A stretch of 64,000 nucleotides of DNA, from assembly GCA_030704615.1 (NCBI GenBank), contig CM060733.1:53630001-53694000 (forward strand), in the 5' to 3' direction. The DNA is from Takakia lepidozioides. Taxonomy: Eukaryota; Plantae; Bryophyta. The notes beneath the pieces are model-generated. The model was not told the origin of the DNA. It worked only from the letters and a program-made list of their open reading frames with translations, and did no database searches. Within the stretch, counting starts at the first letter, position 1. Every line of letters starts with the position of its first letter. Below, piece after piece: positions 52,055 to 63,399 of the stretch. The position numbers and the translations under genes are program-made.

Positions 52055-52762
52055 ATGAACTACTTTCCTACCTTTTGGTCAGTGATAGACCATCTACCCA
52101 TGCAGGTTTTTGTAGCTATTGATCCACAGGGAATCATAGGTAACCTTATGCTTGAAATCTGACCCTCTTGGATGAATTTGGACCCACACTCTATCTCTGC
52201 TCCTTCAGCTATCCATGCATTCATCTTTGGCTTGCTGCTAGCAGCTGACAATGACAGCCTATAGTTGTTCCAGCAAACACCCCAACCCTACTTATCACAC
52301 TAGTTCATATGCTCAATTGCATCTGCTACTCTCTATAATCCAACAAGCATTCACCTTCTTGCGTTGATCGTCCCACCATTGATTGGGGTCAGAAAAGTAT
52401 TCATTCCACAGCTTCTCCTTATCTCTGTTACTTGTTTCTGGATACTTTCATGTTGTCACATTGGCAGTATCATGTCAGTCACTCCAAACTATCAAAGGTT
52501 CACTCAACCAGCTAACTTGTAGAATTCAACATGGCCGATTATGATAAGAGGAAAAACAGGGTGGAATGTGTTGAAGAAGGTGCCGTCATCAGTAGTGCCT
52601 GATTTTATCAATTTGTGCCGCTGCTGCTGTAGCTTCTAGTTGACCATCTACCCATGCAGGTTGGTAGTAGCTATTGATCCACAGGGAATGATAGGTAATC
52701 AGGAGCTTGCACACAAACGTGATGTGGTTGGGCTTCACCCCTTCCCCCATCATTTGCTCATG
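52055..52762 (-). pseudogene. PDF-motif/PPR fragments, third location, opposite strand
   Basis: Reverse complement of the IHPRGSDFKHKVTYDSLWINSYK and EEKLWNEYFSDP repeats, plus a PPR piece (EQMMGEGVKPNH). Confidence 0.85.
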
Positions 52763-53447
52763 GGAGGGCTGCTATTTCATGAGCGGTATGAGCATGAGCG
52801 GAAAAAAAAAAACATGAGCGGACAATTGTGTGTCCACGAAAATAGGGTTAGGAGGCATGGAAATAGGGTCATTCGAAGCTGGAATGTGGCACCAGTGGAC
52901 TCGTCATAACAATGAAATGCAATATTTTATTGCAAATTTTGTGGCAAGCCACATCTATACAAGTGTGTCATAACTGTTATAGCCGGAATGGGCACTACTC
53001 TCCTACACCCTCCGAGGAACTTGCCCCACCTTCCTCCTCATCCCCCTCATCCCCAAGACAAATCCACGAGCTTGTTGGGCTCTAATAGCTATGCCTCCTC
53101 CCCTCATCTTCATTTTCTTGAGGCTTGCCTCGTCTAAAATCTGCTGTATACGAGTAGGTTCGGAAGACCTCCTAATGGACACCGAAGCAAGCCGGGTAGC
53201 ATAAGTAGGAAGGATGTAGTCCTTTTTTGGACTTGGCATGAAATCCCCCCTGGCAAAAAAAGGCACGTTCCTCCTACCCATGAACTGCGGTGTAGACGTC
53301 CCTCCTGCAGTACTTGGCATCCCACAGTAAGAACAAATCCACTTCAAGAATGTCAATACCAGCAGAAGCAGAAAGGGTCTTTCAATGAAATAAGAGAGCA
53401 AAGGGAGGTGCCTCACGAAATCAGGAGGCAATTTACAATGCAACCAC

Positions 53448-56325
53448 TCACTCGTAAATCGGGGGCTCCTCGGCCTCGATCCCAACTTGTACCTCCCCCT
53501 GCTCCTTCTCGGATTCTTCCTCATCCTCCGAGGATGCCTCTTCCTCTTTTGGCAGACATTCAGCCGCTGCAAGTTCGGAGTTGTGGAGGGCAGTATCTGG
53601 CTCAAAGGCGAAGACATGCCTGTCGGACAACGTCGCAGCCCACATTGAAGCACCTGAGGGACAAAGCGGGCGGTTAGTAGCAGGCGGCATGCAATTGCAA
53701 TCGGGCCAGGGGACATACTGTGCACGTGAAGGCTTACCCGTGCCGCATGTGAGGTCAAGAATCCGCCCTTGGACATCGGAGCACGTCTCCATGAGGGTTT
53801 GGATGAAAGCAGGGCTCCCGATCCGGCTGTACCGCCACGATTTGCATGTCTTTGTGTCCTTCGGCATACTGGAGTGGGGCACATAGTTGTAGAGGACATT
53901 GTAGGTAACAGGGTCCACAGAGGCATCAACAAGACGACCGTCGTTGCAGAATTTGAACGTAGACCCTCTCTTCACAAAACAATATGCCTCAAACACCAAT
54001 GTCTGCACATCCAACAAAAGAGGGATCAACTCCAAGGTCTAGTTTAGATACACCACGATATGAAGTGAAGGCAATAGATTGATAACTTACACTTTGGCCC
54101 TCTGTTCGCAACCCCTGCATATTGATGCAGAACCATTTTTTGAGGAGGACCGGGGTGGGACTTTCAGTGTCCACCTTGCCACAACATTCTCTGTGGTCTT
54201 CCCTCTTGTGGCAAGGACCACCATACATCCACCGTCATCCAGGAGCATCCCCGCCAGCCCAAACCCAGCTCTCCAGTAGTCCTCCATAAACTTGTTCTAG
54301 GTGGGCACACCATCCAGGCCCTCCAGCAGCTCCCCATCTGGAATATCGAGGAGAATCATATCGCAGGCTCTCTCCACCTCAAACCCCCCCCCCCCCCCAA
54401 GTGCTCTTACAATCCGTGCTCACAGCCGTGAAGAATTCCATCATGGCTTCCAAACCAGGGGTGTCTTTAGGCTCTGTACCGGCAGCCCTCTTCTTGGCTT
54501 TCCCTTCAGCTCCTCCAGAGACTTGTTGTGTGCCACCTTCTTCGCCCTGGCAGCCAGAGCGTCAAGGAAGCTCTCATTGAAGCATTGGATGATTGTTGGG
54601 GGTTCTAGCTTTGGCCTCTGGGGAAACATCACCGCCGAATACCGCCGTGTAGGCTCGCCCTCAAATGCCAACTTCTTGGCAGAGCCAGTCCCAGTCCGAA
54701 CTGACTTGGGAACCCGGACAACCGGTGACTTGGTAGCAGCAGCAGCAGTCACAGGACCTTGCACAAAGTCGTCATCGGAGTCACTACCTTCGGGCCCCTC
54801 CTGCGCCTCTTCTCGTGCCCCGGTGGTTTTCTGTTTTTTAGGGGTTACTGCAGTCCCCTGTTTCCGTGTCCTTTTCTTTTGTCCTTTATTCTTCTCATTC
54901 AACTTCTCCTAAATACTTGCCTGAGCAAGCTCTGCCACTTTCCTGGACTTGGCAAGCGCTTTCGCCTCCTTTGGACCCAGCGGAGGCAGCGGAGCCCGGT
55001 TTTGGCGGGCCTCAGCCTCCGAGCATCCAGCTTCAATTGAAACTCAGGCGTCGAGCGAGCCGGGTGGAAGGTCCACATACCAAGGGCAGTCGGGCAAATG
55101 CTCCAGATGCCACTCCTTCACGATAGCATCAGTGTACATGGAGTCAGCTCTAGGGTTCCTCCATGCGAGGAAGAATGGCGGCTCGAAGGACAGATGACCT
55201 TTCTCCAATAGGGAGAACTTGCAATACCTGCATTCAAGTAACCCACAGAGAATCAGGTCCCGGGAATGAGGTTAATGTTTCGGTAAGAAATTGTAAAAAT
55301 GGTGCCGGATTTCCATGCGGGGGGTGCCCGCTGCTCCCGGCTCCCCATGGTGGCGGGCAACGAAACTGGTAATTCGGCGCCATTTTTTCTGTGGGCGAGG
55401 CAGCCCCTTCTGGGACTTAGCCACTTTGGGGCCCAAGTTGAATAAATGGCACCGAAATTCCAAATTCGGGCCCCGAAAATGGCTAAGTCCCGGGGTAGCT
55501 GGCACTCATTCTAGAAATTCGGCTCCATTTTTCCAGGTTGGGGCCCAGCCATTTCTGGGACTTGGCCACTTTCGGACGCAGCCTGGAAAAATCAGGTTGG
55601 GGCCCAGCCATTTCTGGGACTTGGCCACTTTTTCGGACGCAGCCTGAAAAATGGCGCGAATTTGGCAGTTCTGGGCCCCAAAAATGGCTAAGTCCCGGGG
55701 GTGGCTGGCACCCATTCTGGAAATTCGACGCCATTTTTTCAGGTTGGGGCCCAGCCATTTCTGGGACTTGGCCACTTTCGGACGCAGCCTGGAAAAATGG
55801 CGCCGAATTTGCAGTTCTGGGCCCCGAAAATGGCTAAGTCCCGGGGGTGGCTGGCACCCATTCTGGAAATTCGACGCCATTTTTTCAGGTTGGGGCCCAG
55901 CCATTTCTGGGACTTGGCCACTTTCGGACCCCAACCTGGAAAAAATGGCTCCGAATTTCCAGAATGGGTGCCAGCCACCCCCGGGATCTAGCCATTTTCG
56001 GGGCCCGGAACTGGAAATTCGGCGCCATTTTCCAGGCTGGGTCCGAAAGTGGCCATGTCCCAGAAATGGCTGGGCCCCAACCTGGAAAAATGGAGCCGAA
56101 TTTCTAGAATGGGTGCCAGCCACCCCCGGGACTTAGCCATTTTCGAATCTCGAAATTCGGCGCCATTTTTCCAGGGACTTAGCCATTTCTTCACAACCAG
56201 TTGTCATGCCCCACACAAGCCGTTTTACATCCAGGAACTCCGGGGACTACAATGGCCACAGATCAAAGAGGAGCACTGCATATTTACCTGTACAGAAGGC
56301 GCATTGCCGCTTTGTCCGCGTTCGG
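53448..56325 (-). pseudogene. 3' half of ParB-fused beta-class amino (N6A/N4C) DNA methyltransferase gene
   Basis: Intron 55228-56287 joins RLLYR|YCKFSLL in phase. Lys/Glu-rich linker, then motif IV-like CDMILLDIPDG (54333-54347) and LLDDGGCMVV. Then PAFIQTLMETCSDVQGRILDLTCGTG|ASMWAATLSDRHVFAFEPD (motifs X, I, II) after removing an 84-nt GT-AG intron at 53654-53737. Stop at 53448-53450; internal stops present. Confidence 0.78.
55310..56200. repeat. Intronic ~140-bp composite repeat array that inverts near 55910 (long fold-back)
   Basis: Units GAAATTCGxCGCCATTTTTTCAGGTTGGGGCCCAGCCATTTCTGGGACTTGGCCACTTTCGG..; 55927-56190 is the reverse complement of the preceding units. Confidence 0.9.
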
Positions 56326-56519
56326 TGACACAAACACGTTGATATATGCATTTAAAGAAAGACAGAGGGGAGAAGGGGGGGGGACCATGTGTGCAGGCCG
56401 CCACCTTGACAATGGGATAAATTTGGTCGCGTGAAAATAAAATAGTAAAAAAATACACGATGCAAAGTCGGTTTGGAATGTAGCATGCCGCCAATACTGA
56501 AAAAAAATCATTTTTTTTC

Positions 56520-57520
56520 TTAAAATTTATTTACAACTGCCAATATTGGCGGTCTCATGTTTTTTCTCTTTCTTGAAAACGCCTACGACCGCCAATATTG
56601 GCGGTTACAAACATTCTTAAGGAAAAAAAAAATTCTGTTCTTTTAAAATGCTTACACGCATTTTGAAAAACAAAAAAAAAAAAACATACGATCGCAAGTA
56701 TTGACAGTCGCAATCAAAAAGTTTAATTTATTCTTAATTTAAAAAAACCAATTTCAGTTTTTTCTTGAAAAATACGTGCGATGTCAATATTGACGGTCGT
56801 ATGCATTTATAAGTAAAATAAATTGCTGCGATCGCCAATATTTGTGGTCGCATGCATTTATTTATTTTTAAAAATTACGACCTTCGATGTTGACGGTCGC
56901 ATGTACTTAAAAATAAAATAAAAATGACATGGTTGTTGATGTGACACATTTTTAGCTTTAATTTTTTTTACTAATATATACGCAAAACCGACGTGATGCA
57001 GATCGCGTCAGCGTCGGGTCTGACGGGACCTAACGTGACGCGACCGACGTGACGCTGATAACTAGGGCTCCATCGGGCGACGAGTGACCAGCTTAGGCGG
57101 TCCAGATATTAATAATTATTAATAGTTAAAATCGTCAACTTTCATGGTCCCGATGTCAATAATAAAATTGGAACTGCCAGATCTTGCGGTCCCGATACTG
57201 ATAAAAAATAATATAAATATCGGGACCGCGACTATGCTGTTTTTTTTTGTTCTTTTTTTCTTGATGACCGATAGGCGATGTCGACGATTGGGCAAACGTT
57301 GGACGACCGTTCAATGATCGTACTTCTAATTACTTCAAATTTTCAATTTAATTGAATTTTTTTCTCATACGTGTAATTTCCGAGGGAGGTGGACACTTAC
57401 GTATTACACTTTTCAACCCGGCCTGAATTAGATTACTGACACTTAAAACTAACGTGACGCAGGCCGCTTCAGCGTCAGGTCTGCCGCGACCTGACGTCAC
57501 GGACGCAGATAACTAGGGCA
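56520..57520. mobile_element. AT-rich non-autonomous DNA-element ends (CGCCAATATTGGCG palindromes; two CGTCAG..ATAACTAGGGC blocks)
   Basis: Repeated GCCAATATTGGC palindromes at 56530-56900; related direct repeats at ~56990-57068 and 57450-57519; shared block with 37.9 kb. Confidence 0.5.
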
Positions 57521-58287
57521 TAAAAAAAAAAAAAAAATTGTGTGTTATGGCGCTAAGGTGGGGTGGTCTCTCCAACTTCTTCCTGTGCACGGGTTGAGAA
57601 GAACGCTACGACGTGAGCGTGTGAGCCCAGGCTGACGCTTTGGAATCACAAGATGGAATTACGGATGGATGCAATTATATGAGGGATGGAATTATAATAT
57701 GGATGAAGGATGACCAGGTCAGCGGAAAGCGGATGATGAAAAAATAAGTGGCTCAATCTGGTCCGTCCAGATAAAGGGGGCAGATTTGAAGGAGAAACAT
57801 AATATATCTTTTATATTATAATAATGAAGAAAAACTGATTAAACAGTCTCATGGGTATCGGTGCTTACATTCACATTAGTTGGTTACTATTTTTAAAAGA
57901 TACTAGAAGAATGGATGACATCCGTCTGTCAAATCGACAGTGATGATGACAAAGGTAAGGAGCCGCAGTGGCTGCTATAAAGCAGCCCTGTTCGAGGTGT
58001 CAAGTTAAATAAGCACAGTGTGAAACTAACTAGAATAAAGCTAGTTATTTATATTTAACACTTGGATTTAGGTCAAGTGTTAAATCAGGTGTCAAGTTTA
58101 GTTGACACCTGAACCGTCTTATCTTCACGAGAGCGTCAGTCGCGCAACTCATCTCTCTCGAGTTGAGCCTGCGCGACCGAGCTCCTTCATCGCTTCAGGA
58201 GTGAGTGTGCCATGAAAGATCCACAATCCTGTTTCTAGAACCTGTTCTGGTCTACATGAGAGATAAATCTGGGGATGTACTCCTTGT

Positions 58288-59037
58288 ATGGCTGGGGGAA
58301 ATGAGGACGTAATTGAAGGGCAGGTCTCTTCTCTTAGCTTGTGCACACAAGAGGACAAGATTTATGTTTCCCAAGGAACTCAGACTGATTTGAGTGGAGA
58401 ACAGTTGGACGAGTTGATTGCATACTGGGAGTCAGGCATTAGCAGTAGACAACAGACTGCTGTAGTTGGCGTTGAGGGCCTCAATATCGCTTTGGACAGT
58501 CAGAACTCTGTTGGAGCCAGCAGTTCTGCAGCTGTAAGTGAAATACCAAAGTGGGTGAAAGCTAGGCTTGGAACACAGCCAAAGACAGCCCCGGGGACCA
58601 AGGTGTTCAACCACAAGGTTGTGGTGTACTGGAGCAGAGGAGCAGGAGCTACACAAGTTTGTGCAATCAGACACGGTTGCAGCCAGACACGCTCTGCACA
58701 AGGCAATCACGAGCGGGGGTTCATTAGCAATGACAAGTTTGTTCTGCGGGAAGGAGATGCAGTCATTCGCAATGAGGACACCCGCAACCGTCTCAAAGCT
58801 TTCGAGTTGAGAGACTATCAGACCCTACCTTTGTTTTCTTTAATGTTCAGTGAGCGGGAGATAGGGGGATATTGCTTTGTCTCTACTTGGCAGAAAGAGG
58901 AGGAGGGTTGGTTAGAGCGAGCTACTGTAGCTTGGGACAAGGTTAGTGGCAAGTTTCTGGACATAGATATACCTCCTACACCTTACCATCATGCAGAGCG
59001 AGACACTTTGAGAGTAGTCTGGCAGTTGATAGCATAG
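58288..59037 (+). CDS. Uninterrupted 249-aa ORF upstream of gag, unknown function
   Basis: ATG-to-stop ORF, same strand as gag-pol, non-repetitive composition; no family recognised. Confidence 0.45.
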   Translation: MAGGNEDVIEGQVSSLSLCTQEDKIYVSQGTQTDLSGEQLDELIAYWESGISSRQQTAVVGVEGLNIALDSQNSVGASSSAAVSEIPKWVKARLGTQPKTAPGTKVFNHKVVVYWSRGAGATQVCAIRHGCSQTRSAQGNHERGFISNDKFVLREGDAVIRNEDTRNRLKAFELRDYQTLPLFSLMFSEREIGGYCFVSTWQKEEEGWLERATVAWDKVSGKFLDIDIPPTPYHHAERDTLRVVWQLIA

Positions 59038-59739
59038 ATCAGGATTACATCTTGCTTGGTCGGGCTTCTATTCTTCCCCTCCATCTCTGTACTCATTACC
59101 TTGTACTTGTAGTTGCCAAAGCCTCTCTTGGTGGAGGCCAGTCAGTCCGGGGTTTTGGGCTGGGATATTCTGCAGGATCAGCATTGCAGCCGGATTTTGG
59201 TGTGGGGGTGTTGATGTTTTGATTTCTTGTGTTTGGATCCCCCCCAACACCTGCATGTTTGACTGTGCGCCATGTTGGTTTTGTGTGGGCGCTTGCTTTC
59301 ATAGGGATTAGGCCAGATTTGATCACCGGTCAATCCTAGAATATGCTGTCGGTGGTGAGGCTGGAGTGATGACCAACAAGACCACCAGTGTTTCTTCTAT
59401 GGTGAGGCTGGGTTGATGACTAGCCAACCATAGGAGTTCTTGCGGTGGATGCAGGTGCAGGTGCCCTGAGCCATTGGAATATGACCCTTAAACTGCAACA
59501 GGTGCCTACCCGTGTCACTATTAGAATTAGTAATAGAGCCTTATAGTGTTACGTGGGGAAGGTGCACATTGTGAGTGTCATCACGGAGTTACCCAGGGTT
59601 CTGAGGGGAGTACGGCTACAGGCAATAGCAGTGAGAGTGGGTTCACCAGACAAGGTGTTCGTTTCAGACCACCTTCACCTCCACCCTCAACTAGTGCAGA
59701 GTCAGACACAGACTTGGAGGCTTCATCAACATGTGTGCA

Positions 59740-60990
59740 GTTTCATTCGCCATTGTTGTGGGACGACATGGAGGAGATGTATGGAGCTACCAAGGGGCCT
59801 CGTAGGTACTCTGGAGCTGTGGGCACAATCGAGTTGGATGGCTTTATCCAGGAGTTCGACAGCTGGTGTGATTTGCAGTAGATGCGCAATCCACAGCTAT
59901 TCACCCCATTCATGGCGTGGAAGGGACTGTTCCAGCATTTGGAAGGCCCGCCCATGGACGATTACCACAAGTTCAGGCGAGGACATGAAGCAGAGATTGA
60001 GGAGTGGAGGATGTATTGGTCACCTGACTACGTCTCCATTACTCGAGGCACGACGCGACTAGTAGCTGCATCAGTACCAATATCTCCCACTGCCAGCACT
60101 AGTAGTGGAACAAGTAGTGTTGGTACTTCTGCAGGTGGTACCAGTTCAAAAGGTGCTACTACTCCTCCTGCCACGACTACAACACATGTGCCTAGATTCA
60201 ACCCGGTGGTGGAGTTCTTCCAGGAGTTGCGGAGGAACTACCAAGGTGTACGGACAGAGAAGCTGCGAAGTTTGCAAGACTTCCAGCGCAAACCCAGTGA
60301 GAGCTTGCGAGAGGCCTACACTCATATGAGGCGCTTGATAAGTGTGACCCAAAGGGTTACTGAAGCTCAGGCAATCTTGTTTTGGTATGGAATTTTGGAC
60401 AAGGAGCTCAGGAGAAGGGTGCGGGATGCAACCCTGTTACAAGCAGCCCAACCCACATTAGCAGATGTGTTAGGCACAAGGGACTGCCCAACAACGTGGT
60501 CAGGGGGGCAAGGTTTCCCAACCCAAGTTCCATGGAGCTTACAGGGGACCTCAGGTGCAAAGGCCCGTGGCATCTTTTGCAGGCCAACAGCAACCGGGGG
60601 TGATATGTTGGACATGTGGAGGACCCCATGTCAAGAGAGATTGCCCAGAGAGTGGCAAAAGGCCGGCACAAGCACAGCCTGCACAGTTGCAGTGTGGGCA
60701 TTGTGGCAAGTATGGGCATGGAGATGCCCAGTGTTATGACTTGCATCCTGAGTTGCGCCCAGGCCAGTTCCAAGGGAACAATGGTGGCCGGGGGCGAGGT
60801 GGACCAGCCCAGAGAGGACGAGGTGGTCGGGCACGAGGTGCAGGCCAAGGGCAAGCTCAACATGGCCAAGGACGCGGAGGTCAGGGTGTTGACCAAGGCA
60901 TGGCCAACTGGCTTCAGCAGCTAGAGCAGAGGCTCGCTGCCATGGCCACAGCCCAGGCGGTACCGGCGGGATGGTCCACCTCCTGCGCCT
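59740..60990 (+). pseudogene. Gag (capsid-like + two zinc knuckles), disrupted
   Basis: LDGFIQEFDSWCD..LQDFQRKPSESLREAY; CWTCGGPHVKRDC and CGHCGKYGHGDAQC; RGG-rich tail; in-frame TAG at 59879-59881 and a frameshift. Confidence 0.85.
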
Positions 60991-61659
60991 GAGGGAGGAG
61001 ATATGGGAGGCATGGGATTCATGTGCGGAGCAGCGCTACCACTAGAGCAAGTGGAGTCTGCTGCAGCCGTGACTTGAGGAGCATCACGAGTTCCTGAGCC
61101 ACGAGGTGCAGAGGTGGAATTGGATCCACAGCGTGGGGAGGCAAGCCGTCAGGCGAGGCTTCCTCAGTCATTCACATTGGCGGAGACAGTGTCGACGCCA
61201 TCCATGGCACATAGTTCTCGCCTGACTGTTACCGAGGCGGAGGTTACTATGCCATAGGGGAGATCTACACGTGCAGCACTGACACCTGCTACCAAGGCTA
61301 GTGCAGCCGGTGTTGTTGGGGGCAGCCACCTCTGTGTGTCAAGCCCCACTGTTCTTGGCAACCATGATTGCGACGCTGGGGGTAAGACCAGCTGCAGTGT
61401 TCAGACTAGCAGCAACACTCTGTGAGAGTGGGGAGGTCACTTCATCTTCTGCGGAGTTAGTGGAAGGTGTAGTGGCAGAGGGATCCTCGGATTTGAGGGT
61501 CAAGACTGCCACGGCTGCGCCATGGCAAGTTGTAGCTGCCAGGTTGACGGAGCTGCCAGCTATGCCAGCCTTTGAGCGCGCCATGGTGACACCTGGAGTT
61601 GTCTTGTTAGACAACCAGGATGACATTTTCACTTTGAGTGGACCGGCAGGCAAGAAGTA

Positions 61660-61975
61660 CCGGCCACTGCGGGTCTTGTTGGACTCAGGAGCTCAGCCAC
61701 TGATGTTGGGCAGAGCTGCTATTGCAGGTTTGGGCCTCATGGAGGCGGATATGGAGCCTTGTCCTTTCCAGATACAGACATCTCTGGGAGGATCAGAGCA
61801 GGCTCAGGGCATGACACGACGTGAGTTGGCCATTGGACTACAGTCGGATCATCCTGTAGATGGCTCAGTGATGCGAGCCAAGGCCATTGTGACAGACGCG
61901 GTCTCTTACGATGTCCTCGTTGGTGGGGCAGTGTTATATCCCATGGGCTTCACCCTGGACTTTTGGGAGGAGTCA
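61660..61975 (+). pseudogene. Retroviral-type aspartic protease domain
   Basis: RVLLDSGAQPLMLG...YDVLVGGAVL. Confidence 0.85.
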
Positions 61976-62389
61976 GCATCCTACAGGCCTAGATGGCAGT
62001 CAGGGGATGGTCGTCGTGCACAGCTCCCTGTGACATTCATTGGGGGTATTACGGCTGCCCAACGGGGCAAGATGCCAACACTAGCCGCCTTTACAGCTGC
62101 AGTAAGTTGGCCTGGAGAGTTGCTGGAAGGCAATGCCCATGCAGAGGATGTGCCACCTCCAGCAGAGCAGGATGACATGCATGGTATGGCGGAGTTGCCT
62201 GCCATGGTTGCTCACACTCCATTGTGGGGTACAAGCAAGGATTTGCAGCAGGTTGCTGATCGACGGGTGCAACAAGCCTGGGTAGAGGCTTTTGTACCGT
62301 CAGGAGAGGAGGAGTGTGCGGGTATTGCACCAGGACCACCTCAGTTGTCACCATTGGATACCACACCTATTGTGTGGCAGTATCCGGAT

Positions 62390-63310
62390 GAAGGCATTTG
62401 CCTTCTGGACTTCTTTGGCGGGATCAGCACCGGATTGGCTGCTGTGCTACAGACAGGTATGCGGATAAGGCGTTACCTATATGTGGAGAGGGATGAGACT
62501 GCACGATGCGTCTCACTGCGCCATGTTGCTCAGTTGATACAGCAGTACCCTGCTTTGTTGCCAGTGTCTGCAGTTCGTGGATACCAACAAGCCTTGCCAG
62601 CAGACATTTTGTTGCTGGGGGCGCCGGATTGCTCCATTGATCTGGTAGTGGCAGGTTGGCCCTGCCAAGGGCATTCATCAGCCGGGCATGACAATGGATT
62701 GCGAGACTCAAGGACGGGTCTGTTTTGGGAGATGGTGCGGATTTTGCGCCACTTGCAGCTTCATCAAGCTGTATCGCCAGCATACATCTTGGAAAATGTG
62801 CCACTGATGGGTCCGGTCGTGGCTTGGGTCAGCAGTGTTGCTGGATGCAGCTGTAGTGGGGTCACGGGCTCATCGTCCACGGCTTTGGTGGACTAACTTG
62901 ATGCCACCCGCACTGCTCAAGCGTGCATTTGATGGGGTGCAGCGGCCAGCACACCTCACCGTGGATGGCATTTTGGACACAGGGAGGCAGTCTCAACGTG
63001 TGAGACACGATGACCGTTCGCCTTTGGCAGTGGTCAACAGGGTGGGTCAACCACGAGCAGCATTATCTACATTGCTCAGCTTCCCAGGATCCCATGCTTT
63101 TCGGGATGGTGGACCTGGCCTCCTGTGGGATGCTCAGTTGCAACAGTTAGTGGAGCCTAATGCCGACGAGCGAGAGCAGGCTATGGGATTTTCCACTGGG
63201 ACCACGGCGGTGCCTTCTCTTTCTGAGGCATCACGTCGTCAGGTGTTGGGGCAAGCAATGGATCTCAATTGCTTGACTTGGATTATCAGCTTGGCTATGG
63301 CTGAGCAACA
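62390..63310 (+). pseudogene. DNMT3-like cytosine-5 DNA methyltransferase domain within pol
   Basis: Motif I LLDFFGGISTG (62402-), II YVERD, IV DLVVAGWPCQG (PC 62660-62665), VI YILENV (62792-62800), VIII RAHRPRLWWTN, IX EREQAMGF, X LGQAMD; frameshift near 62810-62835. Confidence 0.92.
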
Positions 63311-63399
63311 TAGAGTGCGGAGTGCACTTCCCTTGACGGTCTCTCTGCCTACCGAGACGGCACAGGCAGCGAGTGAGGGCGAGCCGGTGAGGACCACGT

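Noticed and set aside
53003-53932. 309-aa ORF as a separate gene
   Set aside because: Largely an alternative frame over the MTase 3' end; no motifs recognised.
53448-54400. Bacterial contamination as the source of the methyltransferase
   Set aside because: Spliceosomal introns, TE-like decay and continuity with plant repeats indicate a nuclear locus.
55272-56342. Many overlapping ORFs (also 7691-8167)
   Set aside because: They fall in the intronic repeat array and occur in most frames.
59495-59520. Primer-binding site of the Gypsy element
   Set aside because: Only a loose resemblance to a tRNA-Lys PBS and lacks TGG; LTR end not defined.
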